Part shown: positions 12,166-23,027 of the stretch, piece after piece
Layout of the letters: the number at the start of each line of letters is the position of its first letter
Numbering within the stretch: position 1 is the first letter of the stretch
NCBI RefSeq assembly: GCF_964213995.1
Contig: NW_027590140.1
Location: 558,001-622,000 of the forward strand
Reading direction: 5' to 3'
DNA length: 64,000 nucleotides
DNA from: Mustelus asterias
Lineage: Eukaryota
The notes under the pieces: model-generated
Databases searched by the model: none
The model's input: the letters and a program-made list of their open reading frames with translations, nothing else
What the model was told of the DNA's origin: nothing
Position numbers and translations under genes: made by a program

Positions 12166-13304
12166 TGTCCTGAGCCTGTCATTAGCTCTCAAGCAGCATC
12201 ACTGAAAATATCAGATAGATTGTTGTTGTTGGAATTTGTTGTGCGAGTTGTGGCCAGAGAGGCGCCGACAACAATGATTTCAGCAACAATAACGGCAATA
12301 TTAGCTTCAACAGCAATTGTGACAATCAGAGTCAAGCATGCTGGAATTGATGTTCAAGTTATAATCAAAAACAGATTCAATTCATAAAGTTGCTGCAAGC
12401 TGTGACCACTTACCGTTAAAATGAGTTAGCTTAATTAACTTTGATCAAGCTTACTCCTCCAAATATGATTTACAAATCTTCTCTATAACAAAACTTTAGA
12501 TGACCGAGTTTTCTGTGGGAAAATCAAATAAATACAATGCAGGATGGCAATTATTTCACCCAAAACAATAAAACTAAAAGTCCACGATGAATTCCGTGCG
12601 TGAAAATTGTTTCGCTTGCTGTTTGTAGATGGGAAAAGGGGTTCATTGTATCACTTGTTATAGCATATTAACCTCAGTTATCATTTGTCATTTCTGTGAA
12701 ATCCATCCTGTGTTCGGTGAGTGTGAGAGCAAAACGGTCACAGTGACTTCAGATATTTCAGGTGTACATCTAGTAAAAATAATTAGGGAGTAGGAAAGTA
12801 TTTTGATGATCACTCATGATCAAATATGAAGGGCGGAGGAGGCTCAAAATGCTGAATGGCTTACTCATGCTTCTATTTTCTGTTTCCAAAACTCTCAGAA
12901 GGAAATAAGTGCAGAACTAATCTGATATCTGTGAGCAAGAAGTAATTGGGCACCTGGCAGAAATCGGAAGAGACGGTCTTTGAACTTGAGATTAGAGCCC
13001 AGATCAATATCTCCCCTCACCTGCTGTTCTTGATGTAGACACAAAGGCATGGTTTGTGGGAGGTGGATGTAACCATGGAATGAGCAAGCAGAGTTTGGCT
13101 CAGTATATAATGGAATCATCCCCCTTGCCAATGGTGCAATGTGGAGGTACCCAACAGTGAGCGAATCTGTTTGTTCACCGGCCTGTAACTAAGGTGCAGG
13201 CTCTAACTTAATTATTCCTCTGGAGACGCTCACTCAGAATAAATGTGAGACGCTATGAAACCGCAGAGCTCAGGTTTAAGCTTCATTTCACTTTCTGGGA
13301 GAGG

Positions 13305-13374
13305 ATGCATGGACCAGCGAACGGTCTCTTCTTCGCCATTTTTTATCCCATTCTCGCTGCCATTGGTGTTCCTG
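13305..13374 (+). CDS. Exon 1 of GPR139-like class A GPCR
   Basis: ATG at 13305, MHGPANGLFFAIFYPILAAIGVP + G, GTAGGT donor. 70 nt, phase 1; joins exon 2 to complete TM1 (IGVP-ANLVTIVILS). Confidence 0.85.
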
Positions 13375-14596
13375 GTAGGTGAAAGATCCCAAATAATTCT
13401 CATGACTTGAAATGTATGGCGTTGCATAAACATTAACCTTTTATTGTTGAAAATTCGGTTTTATTCGAATGTAGTAAAATGCTATCTAGTGTTTTCAGTG
13501 TTTTGCACGATAAAGTCTATAAAGTGACCTATATTTCATCCACTGGTATGCACAGTCTCAAAAAATGAGCTATCGCAATCTAATAATTCAATTAGATGCA
13601 TTGACATAGAACATTCATTCACTGCTTACATGAACCTATGCTGTGACCTCCAGCAGTTAGTAATCGTTGATTTGTAGTGAGGCGGCACTGGGCTGCCCAC
13701 ATCGTTACTGAGGTTTTAAGAACTCATTATTGAAACGTTTGAAAAAGGTGTGGGGGTTATGCATTATGCATTTTGCCTTGTGTTCGTAAGTCTGGTAAAT
13801 TTCGGATAATTATATTTTTAATCACTAGCTGTATGCATGTAGATATGGCAAGGCGAATATGTCTTGTCCATATCTAGCTTTCATTTGAGAAGGCGATGTA
13901 GCGTTTGTTTCTTGAGACACTCGGATAAGTAGAATGGGGATGCTTCACAAGACTTTAACAAATCAACTTTATATTGACCGACAAAATGACTTAGAATTGT
14001 TCAACGAATTTATTTTCTAAGGATCGTCCTGAAGCACAAAGGGAAAGTTTAGTCTTTGAAAGAAGGAGTTCCAGAGGTTAGGGTCTCAGCAGGAAAAGGC
14101 ACACTGAAAAGATCAAATCAGGGGCATGGAAGTCCATATTCGGAGATATGGTGTGATCTCAGATAGTTGTAGTATGTTGCCAAAATCTGGAAAGGCAAGA
14201 TTATGGAGGGATTTATAATTCGAAGGACGAGATAATAAAAACAGAGACGCAGCCTGAATGGCAGCCGATAGGGCTGATGGATGGATGGGATTGGTACGGA
14301 TAAGAACAACGACAGCATATTTTCAGAGAATCTGAAATTTGACAGTTATCTGAGGGGATCAACTCAGTGACCAGGGGGCAGAGTTACAATTTGGACTGAT
14401 TGCAATGTCTCCTGATTTAAAATAACTTTAATCCAGTTTTGAATGTCGTACCATTGCCAAAGACTTTGCAATCACTGGAGTCTGGAGTTGGCAAAGTGAA
14501 GGATGAGGATGTTTTCAGTAACTGATTGGATGGCGCAGCAGATGGTGTTTAGAGCCCTCTCGGTAACACCTCTCTCTGTCTCTTTCTATCTCACAG

Positions 14597-15486
14597 CCAA
14601 CTTGGTGACGATCGTAATCTTATCCCGAGGACGGTGCGGACTGTCACGCTGCATCACCTACTACCTGATCGCGATAGCATTGACTGATTTCCTTGTCATC
14701 ATCACCACCATAATCCTCAACCGGATTGGCCGCATCTACTTTCAGAACAGCGTCCTGTCTACCACCCCCGCATGCACACTCAGCAATCTGCTGGTCTATT
14801 TTGCCCGGGATATGTCCGTCTGGTTGACAGTGGCTTTCACCATCGACCGTTTTGTGGCCATCTGCTGCCAGAGCCTGAAGACCAGATACTGCACCGATAA
14901 AACAGCATTGCTGGTCATAGGAATAGTCTGTGCCCTGAGCTGTGTCAGGAATGTCCCTTTCTACTTCACTTACCAGCCCTTGTACACCCTGCACGGGGTG
15001 CCCTGGTTCTGTGCTTTTAAGTCCAGCTATTACACGCTGCCCGCCTGGCAGGCCTATGACTGGCTGGACTGCATCTTAACTCCGTTTCTCCCGTTCTTCC
15101 TCATCCTGCTTCTTAACGCTCTAACCGTAAAACACATCTTAGCGGCCAGCAGAGCCCGCAGGAGACTCCGGGGCACGGGGAGTCACGGGGACCCAGAGAT
15201 GGCCAACCGCAAGAGGTCCATCATCCTGCTCTTCGCCATCGCCCTCAGCTTCCTCCTCCTCTGGTTCACCTTTATCGCACACTTCCTCTATGTGCGGATT
15301 ACAGGTGAGGGCTACCGCACCAGCCTGGATTTCAAAGACCCACGGTACATTTTTCAGGAAGCAGCAAACATGCTCCAGCTAGTCAGTTCCTGCAACAACG
15401 TCTTCATCTACGCAGTCGCCCAGACCAAGTTCCGAGAGGACCTGAAGAAGGTTCTGCTCTGCCCCTTCACCACGCTCACTGGCTAA
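14597..15486 (+). CDS. Exon 2 of intact GPR139-like class A GPCR (spliced product 319 aa)
   Basis: Acceptor TCTCACAG at 14596, then an open frame with 7TM motifs: RGRCGLSRCITYYL..D, VWLTVAFTIDRFVAIC, TPFLPF, DPEM.NR.RSIILL, SSCNNVFIY..FRE. These motifs are typical of the GPR139-like family expanded in cartilaginous fish. Confidence 0.92.
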
Positions 15487-15699
15487 AACACACATCAGCA
15501 CGTGCTTGGGTTTCATCAAATTAGATCAATGTGTACTCCGTCTCTCTGGAAACAGACACGACTGGGCTTCAGATACAGGACTTGAGAGATGTAAGGCTCA
15601 TAATACAGTGCCCACAGCCCCCGTTGTTGCTCTGAATGAATGATGAGTTATCACAGTTGCTAACTTCCTGGAGGAGATAATGTAGTGATGGAGATTTCC

Positions 15700-17470
15700 A
15701 GCATTGAAAGAGGCCCTTCGGCCATAAAACACCTATCTAATCAAATCCCATTTTGCAACAGTTGGTTCGCTTCCTTGCATGCTATGACGGTTCAAGTGCT
15801 AAATGCTTCTTAAATGTGAGGGTCTTTCCCCTGCCATGCTTTCAGGCAGTGAGTTCCCGATTCCCGCCACCTTCTGGTTAAAAACTGTTTCCGCAGGTCC
15901 CCTTTCAATATCATGCTCCTTTCCTTAGATCTATGCCGCTGGTTATTGACACCTTTACTAAGGGGAATAATTATTCTCATCTCGCTTATCTATATCCCTC
16001 ATAGTTTGGTACAAATCAGCGAGGGTCCTCTCAGTCTTCTCCACTTTAAGGAAAATAACCCCAGCCTATCCAGCCTCTTTTCATCGCTGCAAACTTCAGC
16101 CCAGGCAGCATTCTGTTGAATCCCCTTAACATCCTTTCTAATACAATCACATCTGTATGTGTAGCGAACCGAAATGCCCCGTGGCATAATGAGAGTTTTA
16201 TACAGCTCCAGCATAAATTCTGTGCTCTTTTCACCTATGCCTCTGCTAATAAAGGCAAGTACACCATGTGATCTCTTAACCACTTCATCTGTCCTGCTGC
16301 CTTCACGGATCTTTGGATATGGACCACAAGGACTCTATGGTCCTCTGTACATCCAAACGTCCTGCCGTTCATTGTGCATTCCCATGACTTGTAAGCCCTC
16401 CCGGAATGTATGACGTTATGCTTTTGAGAGTTCAATTCCATTTGCCTCTTTTCTGCCCATCTGACCAGCCCATCCGTATCATCCGGTAATCTATGGCTTT
16501 CCTCCTTCCCGTTCACCACAACACTATTTTTGTTTCATCTGCAATCTTACTGATCATATCCCCCCTCCAACCCCTCCCCTCCACCACCCCCCCGCCCCCC
16601 CCCCCCCCGCCCCCATACCCCGCACCCTCACATTCACCTCAAGATCACTCATGTAGACGACAAACAGCAAGGGGCCCAGCATCGATCCCTGCCGTACACC
16701 ACTGGACACAGGCTTCCAGTCACAAGAACAACATTCGACCATCATCCTCTGCCTCCTGCCACTCAGCCAATTTTGGATCCAATTTGCCAAATTGCTCAGA
16801 ATATCATGCGTTCTTACCTTCTTGATCACGCTCCCATGTGCGATCTTGTCAAAAGCCTGACGTCCATTTAGTCCACATTAACTGCACTTCTCTCATCTAC
16901 AAACCTAGTCACCTCTTCGAAAATTTCAATCATATTTGTTCGGCACGATCTCCCCTGACAAAGCCATGATGATTTCACTCGGTTAATCCTGTCTCACCAA
17001 GTGGTGATTAATTCTGTCCCTCAGAAATGTGTCCAATAGTTTCTCTTCCCCTGACGTTAGACTCACAGGCCTGAAATGACCTGTTTTTCCCCCTGAATAC
17101 TTTATTGAATAATGGTGCCGCATTAATTGTCCTCCTACCCTCTGGCACCTCGGCTTTAGCCAGGGAGGTTATTACAATTAGTACCAGGTCCCTGCAATCT
17201 CCTACCTTGCCTCACACAGCTGCCGAGGATTGCGCCTGGAGATTTATCCACTTTTAAACCCGTTACAACGGCTAAGACCTCCTTCCTCTCAATATCAATC
17301 TGTTCAATTTCATCACAGACTTTTCCTTGTTTTATATACCTATATCCCGCTTCTCCACGTTGAACACATGCAAAATATCCATTTAATATCTTACCTACAG
17401 CTTCAGTTTCACACACAGATTGCCACTTTGGCCCAACTGCTCCCATTCTTTCCCTGGCTACCTTCCTGTC
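15700..17470 (-). mobile_element. Degenerate CR1-like LINE ORF2 (RT) fragment
   Basis: Broken ORFs with WIQNWLSGRRQR, SGVRQGSMLGPLLF, LVRWAEKRQMELN, RLGLFSLKWRRLRG. Confidence 0.88.
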
Positions 17471-18065
17471 CTTAAAATACTTACAAAAAAACACTGTGTC
17501 TGCCGTCCCAGATGGAATACACAAGGTTACCCCGTCGCAATTAGCAAAAAGAACAGAAAGTGGCCTCTCCAGCTTCCAGCTTCTTTATTTCACAACATTG
17601 ATACACTTATCTGTTCCATTTGCCTATTGTTAAAACAAATATTTGCCGCTCCATTTCGTACATTGCACCAGGAAAGTATTTAATTGGCTCCAGACAGCTT
17701 TCGGAGGTATGTTTCTGACGATGTTAATCAACCACCGCCCAATCATGGGTGCTGACATTTTTGATAAAATTTCAAAGTAATCTTCAACATAGTGTACTCG
17801 CTCTTTCAATATCTCCCTTGTCTTCTCCATCCTCACCTCCAACAACAAGAGTGAGGAGCTCATGGAGCTTTCTTGTCACTAAGACTGAGACAATCTGATT
17901 AGTTGCCTCTGCTACTTCCCTCCCTTCTACCAACCCATCGAAGAAAATAACTTCAGACATTCGAAGCTATCACGGTAATAATAGGCTTTCGGTTCCTGTA
18001 ACATGTACGATTGAGCTTTTATTTTCCTGTAGTTGTTGAGGTATGGCCGCAATCAAAATGTAGAG

Positions 18066-18370
18066 GTGGTGGCCTGGAGGTATTGTCACTGGATTAGTTA
18101 TCCAGAAACTCAGTGTAATTGGCTGCAGACACGTGTTCGAATCCTACGATGGCAGGTGGTGACAATTGAATTCAAAAATATGGAATTAAATGTCTAGTGA
18201 CGACTATGAAACGCCGTAAAAACCCACCTGGTTCATTGACGTCCTTTAGGGAAGGTAATGTCCTTACCTGGTCTAGCCAACATGTGACTCCAGACCCACA
18301 ACAATGCAGTTCATTCTGAAATATTCTCCGAAATGGAGGGCAGTTGTGAATCGGCCAGCGATCCCCACAT
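18066..18370 (+). mobile_element. Deu-domain (SacSINE1-like) SINE, degenerate
   Basis: tRNA-like head (GTTCGAATCC), then AAAAACCCACCTGGTTCA..CCTTTAGGGAAGG..GACTCCAGACCCACA. Related copies at ~2170-2400, ~30560-30915 (-), ~36300-36625, ~37800-38135 (-). Confidence 0.6.
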
Positions 18371-19538
18371 CCTCTGAACGCATTTTATGGAATCCCAATG
18401 TCACAGGAATTTCTGTTTGGACTATTTACACATTCATGCTCTCGCTGTATCCATGGAAAGATAGAATCATAGGAATGATGGCACAGAAGGGGCCATTCGG
18501 CCGATTTTTTTCCATGCAGATCCAAAGACACCCTTTCTAATCCTAATTTCCTGCACACGGCCTATTGCCCTGCAAATTACAGCAGTTAAGGTGCAGATCC
18601 AAGGACTTTACAAACGAATTGAGTCAAGCATTCACCACGATGATTCAGTCTCAACATTTAAATGTTGCTCATTGTTGACCAACATTGTTCAGATGTTGCT
18701 ACAAAGTAAGGAGCATTGAAACTTTCCATTTTCACGGAGACACTGAAGAATCTCCTCTCAAAATGAAACAGAAATCAATTCCTCTTTAATGATGTAAAAT
18801 TATTGTTTTATCTGAAAAGCACTTTTATATGATGCTGTTTACCTAATGTGAAAAAATATTTAGATTGGTAAAAATGGAGAACTGAGCTGCATTGACACAG
18901 TTGGATGAGCGCACAAAATCATGTACACCGGAAGTCAGCGAGGCCTCAGGAGAGACATGCATCTAGTACACAAGAAAGCCATTAACTTCGCTTAGTTGTT
19001 CTTCAATCGCTCAACTGTTCTTCAAATTATGATTTACAGCACAGTAGATGACTCTTCCCCGCTGATTGAACAGTTAGTAAGTGCCTTGGCTGTTGTTTTT
19101 AACTGCAATGGTACATAAGCTAACGAGAAGATATAGGACATCTGAACTTTCGAGCCTTGGCCGATCCTCAATAACATCGGCAGAATTGGAACATGTGTGG
19201 GGAGTACTCCATCACTCCCCGATGGATTTCTAATTGATCTCCAAAACCACCAGTCCTCAACTACATGCTCATGGCCATGCACGTGGTGTTCATATAATAT
19301 CCTATTGGCTGCAGCAAAGCAGCTCGATATTCCGCCCATCTTGTCCATGTCAGTTCATTGGAAGATCAATTTAACTTGTCCTACACACGCTCCCTTTTCC
19401 ACATCAATTCAAATTCGTGTTGTCTCTCCTTGTTCTCCACGTCAAATTAAAACATCGTACAATCCAGTTAAAATTATGCTGCTACTTATCCACTCCTGTC
19501 TTTATTGAAAAGACTTAAATTCTGAACAACAGAAACTT

Positions 19539-19620
19539 TGGCAGGAGTGGGAGTCAAAAACATGCGCCCATCAAGACTAGAATCGCCATCGAGTGCATTA
19601 GACCACTCACCCATGTCACC
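19539..19620 (-). pseudogene. Highly degenerate tRNA-Leu-like sequence
   Basis: Reverse complement GGTGACATGGGTGAGTGGTCTAATGC..long variable arm..GACTCCCACTCCTGCCA follows the tRNA-Leu layout. Anticodon and B box are degraded. Confidence 0.45.
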
Positions 19621-19674
19621 AAGGAAACCACACCAACAACATTTGCCTTCAATTACATTGACATTGTAGCAGAA

Positions 19675-19946
19675 TAAAGTTTATTTATTAGTCACAAGTA
19701 AGGCTTACATTAACATTAACATTGCAATGAAGTTACTGTGAGATTCCCTTAGTCGCCACATTTCGGCGCTTGTTCAGGTCAATGCACCCTAACCAGCACG
19801 TCTTTGAAACTGTGGGAGGAAACCGGAGCACCCGGAGGAAATCCACGCAGACACGGAGAGAACGTGCAAACTCCACACGGACGGTGACTGAAGCCGGGAA
19901 TCGAATCTGATGTTGTGAGACAGCAATACTAACCACTGTGCCACCG
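19675..19946 (-). mobile_element. SINE (alternative-tail family)
   Basis: Same head and tail as 4770-5078. Confidence 0.8.
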
Positions 19947-20259
19947 ATGTACACTAATCCCACTTTCCAGCATTTGGCCCAGAGCTTTGAATGTTATGGT
20001 ATTTCCAGTGTTCATCCATTTTCATAGGGTGTGATGAATGCCGCATCTACTATACACCAAGGCAGTGCATTTCGGTCTCCCACCAACCTCTGAGTGAAAA
20101 CATTTTCCTCAAAACCCCAGTAAACTTTCGGCACCTCACCTTAAAATTATGCCCCCTCTTTATTGACCCAGGGTAACAGCTGCTTCCTATCCACCTGGCC
20201 ACGCTCCTCGTAACCTCATACACCTCAATCTTCATTCGGGAAAATATACAACAGTCTGA

Positions 20260-20490
20260 GGTCACGTACCAACCGACTCAAGAACAGCTTCTTCCGTGCG
20301 GCTGTCAGACTTTTGAATGGAATTACCTTGCATTAAGTTGATCTTTCTCTACACCCTAGCTATGACTGTAACACCACATTCTGCACTCTCTCGTTTCCTT
20401 CTTTATGAACAGTATGTTTTGTCTGTATAGCGTGCAAGAAACAATACTTTTCACTGTATGTTAATACATGTGACAATAATAAATCAAATC
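20260..20490 (+). mobile_element. Rex1/Babar-like LINE 3' end fragment
   Basis: Matches, in reverse complement, the 3' end of the 44374-46350 element (CCGACTCAAGAACA..AATAAATCAAATC tail). Confidence 0.75.
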
Positions 20491-20575
20491 AGGTCCCTCC
20501 TCAGCCTTGTTGTGTCCGAAGAGAATAGTGAAGAACGTAAGTGTGTATCTTTATGGGAGAATTGGATATGAAATC

Positions 20576-20920
20576 GGGCGGCACGGTAGCACAGTGGTTA
20601 GCACTGCTGCTTCACAGCTCCCGGGACCTTGGTTCGATTCCCGGCTTGGGTCACTGTCTGTGTGGAGTTTGCACATTCTCCTCGTGTCTGCGTGGGTTTC
20701 CTCCGGGTGCTCCGTTTACCTCCCACAGTCCAAAGATGTGCGGGTTAGGTTGATTGGCCATGCTAAAATTGCCCTTAGTGTCCTGAGGTGCGTAGGTTAG
20801 AGGGATTAGCGGGCAAATATGTAGGGATATGGGGGTCGGGCCTGGGTGGGATTGTGGTCGGTGCAGACTCGATGGGCCGAATGGCCTCCTTCTGCACTGT
20901 CGGGTTTCTATGATTTCTAT
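20576..20920 (+). mobile_element. HE1-like SINE
   Basis: Near-identical to 9309-9645. Confidence 0.9.
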
Positions 20921-21307
20921 GAAATTATTCGCATCACTTCTGTCCGGGCTCTGAGAATCTTTCCCATGGCTTGTGATTCCTGGTGTGTCAGCGTTCGTTT
21001 TGAATGTTGCGCTATGTCTGCCTTGGGAATATTTGATGGGACAATGCACAATTAACCACATGCTTCAATATATTGCATTGAGTCAGGCCAGCACACCCCT
21101 GCTCTGTAATGGAAACCCATAAGTGAATGTGACAGGCTATTCATTGAATTAAGTCAGCAATGTGTTCTTGCTGACTGTGCCGTCAATCAGTTTCCACCAC
21201 TTTATAACAAAAGGCAGGTGTAGTTGGAACACTGGATGACACAGCGACTCCTTCAATGAAGTGTCGTGGGTTCGATCAAAATCCAAATAGGATTGATTAA
21301 AAAGACG

Positions 21308-21950
21308 AGTGGATAGAGCTGTGAAGAAGGCCTATAGTGTATTAGCTTTTATTAACAGGGGGTTGGAGTTTAAGAGCCGTGGGGTTATGCTGCAACTGTA
21401 CAGGACCTTGGTGAGACCACATTTGGAATATTGTGTGCAGTTCTGGTCACCTCACTATAAGAAGGATATGGAAGCGCTGGAAAGAGTGCAGAGGAGATTT
21501 ACTAGGATGCTGCCTGGTTTGGATGGTAGGTCTTATGAGGAAAGGTTGAAGGAGCTAGGGCTGTTCTCTCTGGAGCGGAGGAGGCTGAGGGGAGACTTAA
21601 TAGAGGTTTATAAAATAATGAAGGGGATAGATAGAGTGAACGTTCAAAGACTATTTCCTCGGGTGGATGGAGCTATTACAAGGGGGCATAACTATAGGGT
21701 TCATGGTGGGAGATATAGGAAGGATATCAGAGGTAGTTTCTTTACGCAGAGAGTGGTTTGGGTGTGGAATGGACTGCCTGCAGTGATAGTGGAGTCAGAC
21801 ACTTTAGGAACATTTAAGCGGTTATTGGATAGGCACATGGAGCACACCAGGATGATAGGGAGTGGGATAGCTTGATCTTAGTTTCAGATAAAGCTCGGCA
21901 CAACATCGTGGGCCGAAGGGCCTGTTCTGTGCTGTACTGTTCTATGTTCT
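21308..21950 (+). mobile_element. Young 5'-truncated CR1 LINE
   Basis: Uninterrupted 188-aa ORF2 C-terminus, nearly identical to that of the 41973-43463 element. TTCTATG tail. Confidence 0.93.
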
Positions 21951-22270
21951 AAAAGCGGCGGCATGAGTGAGGGGCCGTTCGGTTTTGAAAATAGCGCTAT
22001 TAGGATATGCCGTGGAGCTAGGCATTTAACAACGTCTAAATTACGTACTTTGTAATTCAAGAGTTATTTACAATTTCACAGAGAACACTTTACAGAAAGA
22101 TATAGCTTAAAGTTGACCCCAGGTGAATACACAAACTGAGCGTCACAATGAGAACAGCATATTGATCGTCCAAACTGGCAATTGTCTAAAACTGGAGAGA
22201 AAAAAACGAGGCCTCTACATAAGGTGCAGTGAGAAATGCTAAATAACAAATAACCACTAATTTACAGTAC

Positions 22271-22435
22271 GAAGTCTCATAACACCAGGTTAAAGTCCAA
22301 AAGGTTCATTTGGTATCATGAGCTTTTGGAGAGCTGCTCCTTCATCAGGTGACTCAGTTGATGAAGGAGCAGCGCTTCGAAAGCTTGTGATATCAAATAA
22401 ACCCGTTGCACTTTAACCTGGTGTTGTGAGACTTC
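22271..22435. repeat. Palindromic hairpin element (probably derived from Penelope-like terminal repeats)
   Basis: GAAGTCTCATAACACCAGGTTAAAGT ... ACTTTAACCTGGTGTTGTGAGACTTC forms an ~80-bp-arm inverted repeat. Related copies at ~30220-30372 and ~57560-57800. Confidence 0.7.
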
Positions 22436-22749
22436 TTACTGTGCACCCCCCCCCCCCCCCCCCCGTCCAACGCCGGCATCTTCACATCATCACTAGTTTA
22501 CAAATCAATTCAAACAATGGTGAAACTCAAAGATGCAATCATATTATCGACATGGTTATCTCATTCAATTAAAACAGAAAAGAATAACAAAAATCCAGCT
22601 TATATTGCTATCCTGATTTTGGATTCGGATCTGTTCACTGGAGGCAGTTTAACTTTGAGGATCACGATGATAACGTACTTTCATTCCATAGGACCATTTT
22701 GTGAATAAACTGATGGGAAAATACCACACGATTTCCGAAATTCAATCAA

Positions 22750-22758
22750 TCACTCCAC
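22750..22758 (-). other. Immunoglobulin heavy-chain membrane exon TM2 (orphan)
   Basis: TATTTTGCAG acceptor followed by GTG GAG TGA (VE*; canonical is VK*), 141 bp downstream of the TM1 donor. Confidence 0.7.
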
Positions 22759-22899
22759 CTGCAAAATAGAAATAAAATAACTAAACAACCGTTTTATGTG
22801 TTTGAGATATTTACCTAAAAGCTCTTATTAATTGAGACTTCTGGACATTTTCAATCTTCTCCTATCTGATTCAAATATGAGTGGATTGAATCATCTCAC

Positions 22900-23027
22900 C
22901 TTCATCAGAGTGACTGCAGCGCTGTACGACATGCTCAGGAAGAACAGGACGATGAATGTACAAGCGGTTGTCCAGATGCTACTGTTATCATCCTCCTTGA
23001 CTGCAATCCAGATGGACTCTGTGGAAT
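22900..23027 (-). other. Immunoglobulin heavy-chain membrane exon TM1 (orphan, open frame)
   Basis: TAG acceptor, 128-nt phase 1-0 exon reading (D)STESIWIAVKEDDNSSIWTTACTFIVLFFLSMSYSAAVTLMK, then a GTGAG donor. Matches the IgH transmembrane signature WTT.STFI.LF.LS..YS..VTL.K. Confidence 0.88.

Noticed and set aside
14503-14596. N-terminal 31 aa of the GPCR ORF in the ORF track
   Set aside because: Intronic read-through: a polypyrimidine tract and CAG acceptor end at 14596, and the real TM1 start is exon 13305-13374.
17528-17580. Minus-strand hydrophobic stretch with donor (..HFLFFLLIATG|GTAACC), possible leader relic
   Set aside because: No ATG and no associated V exon; abuts a CR1 fragment. 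Too weak to call.
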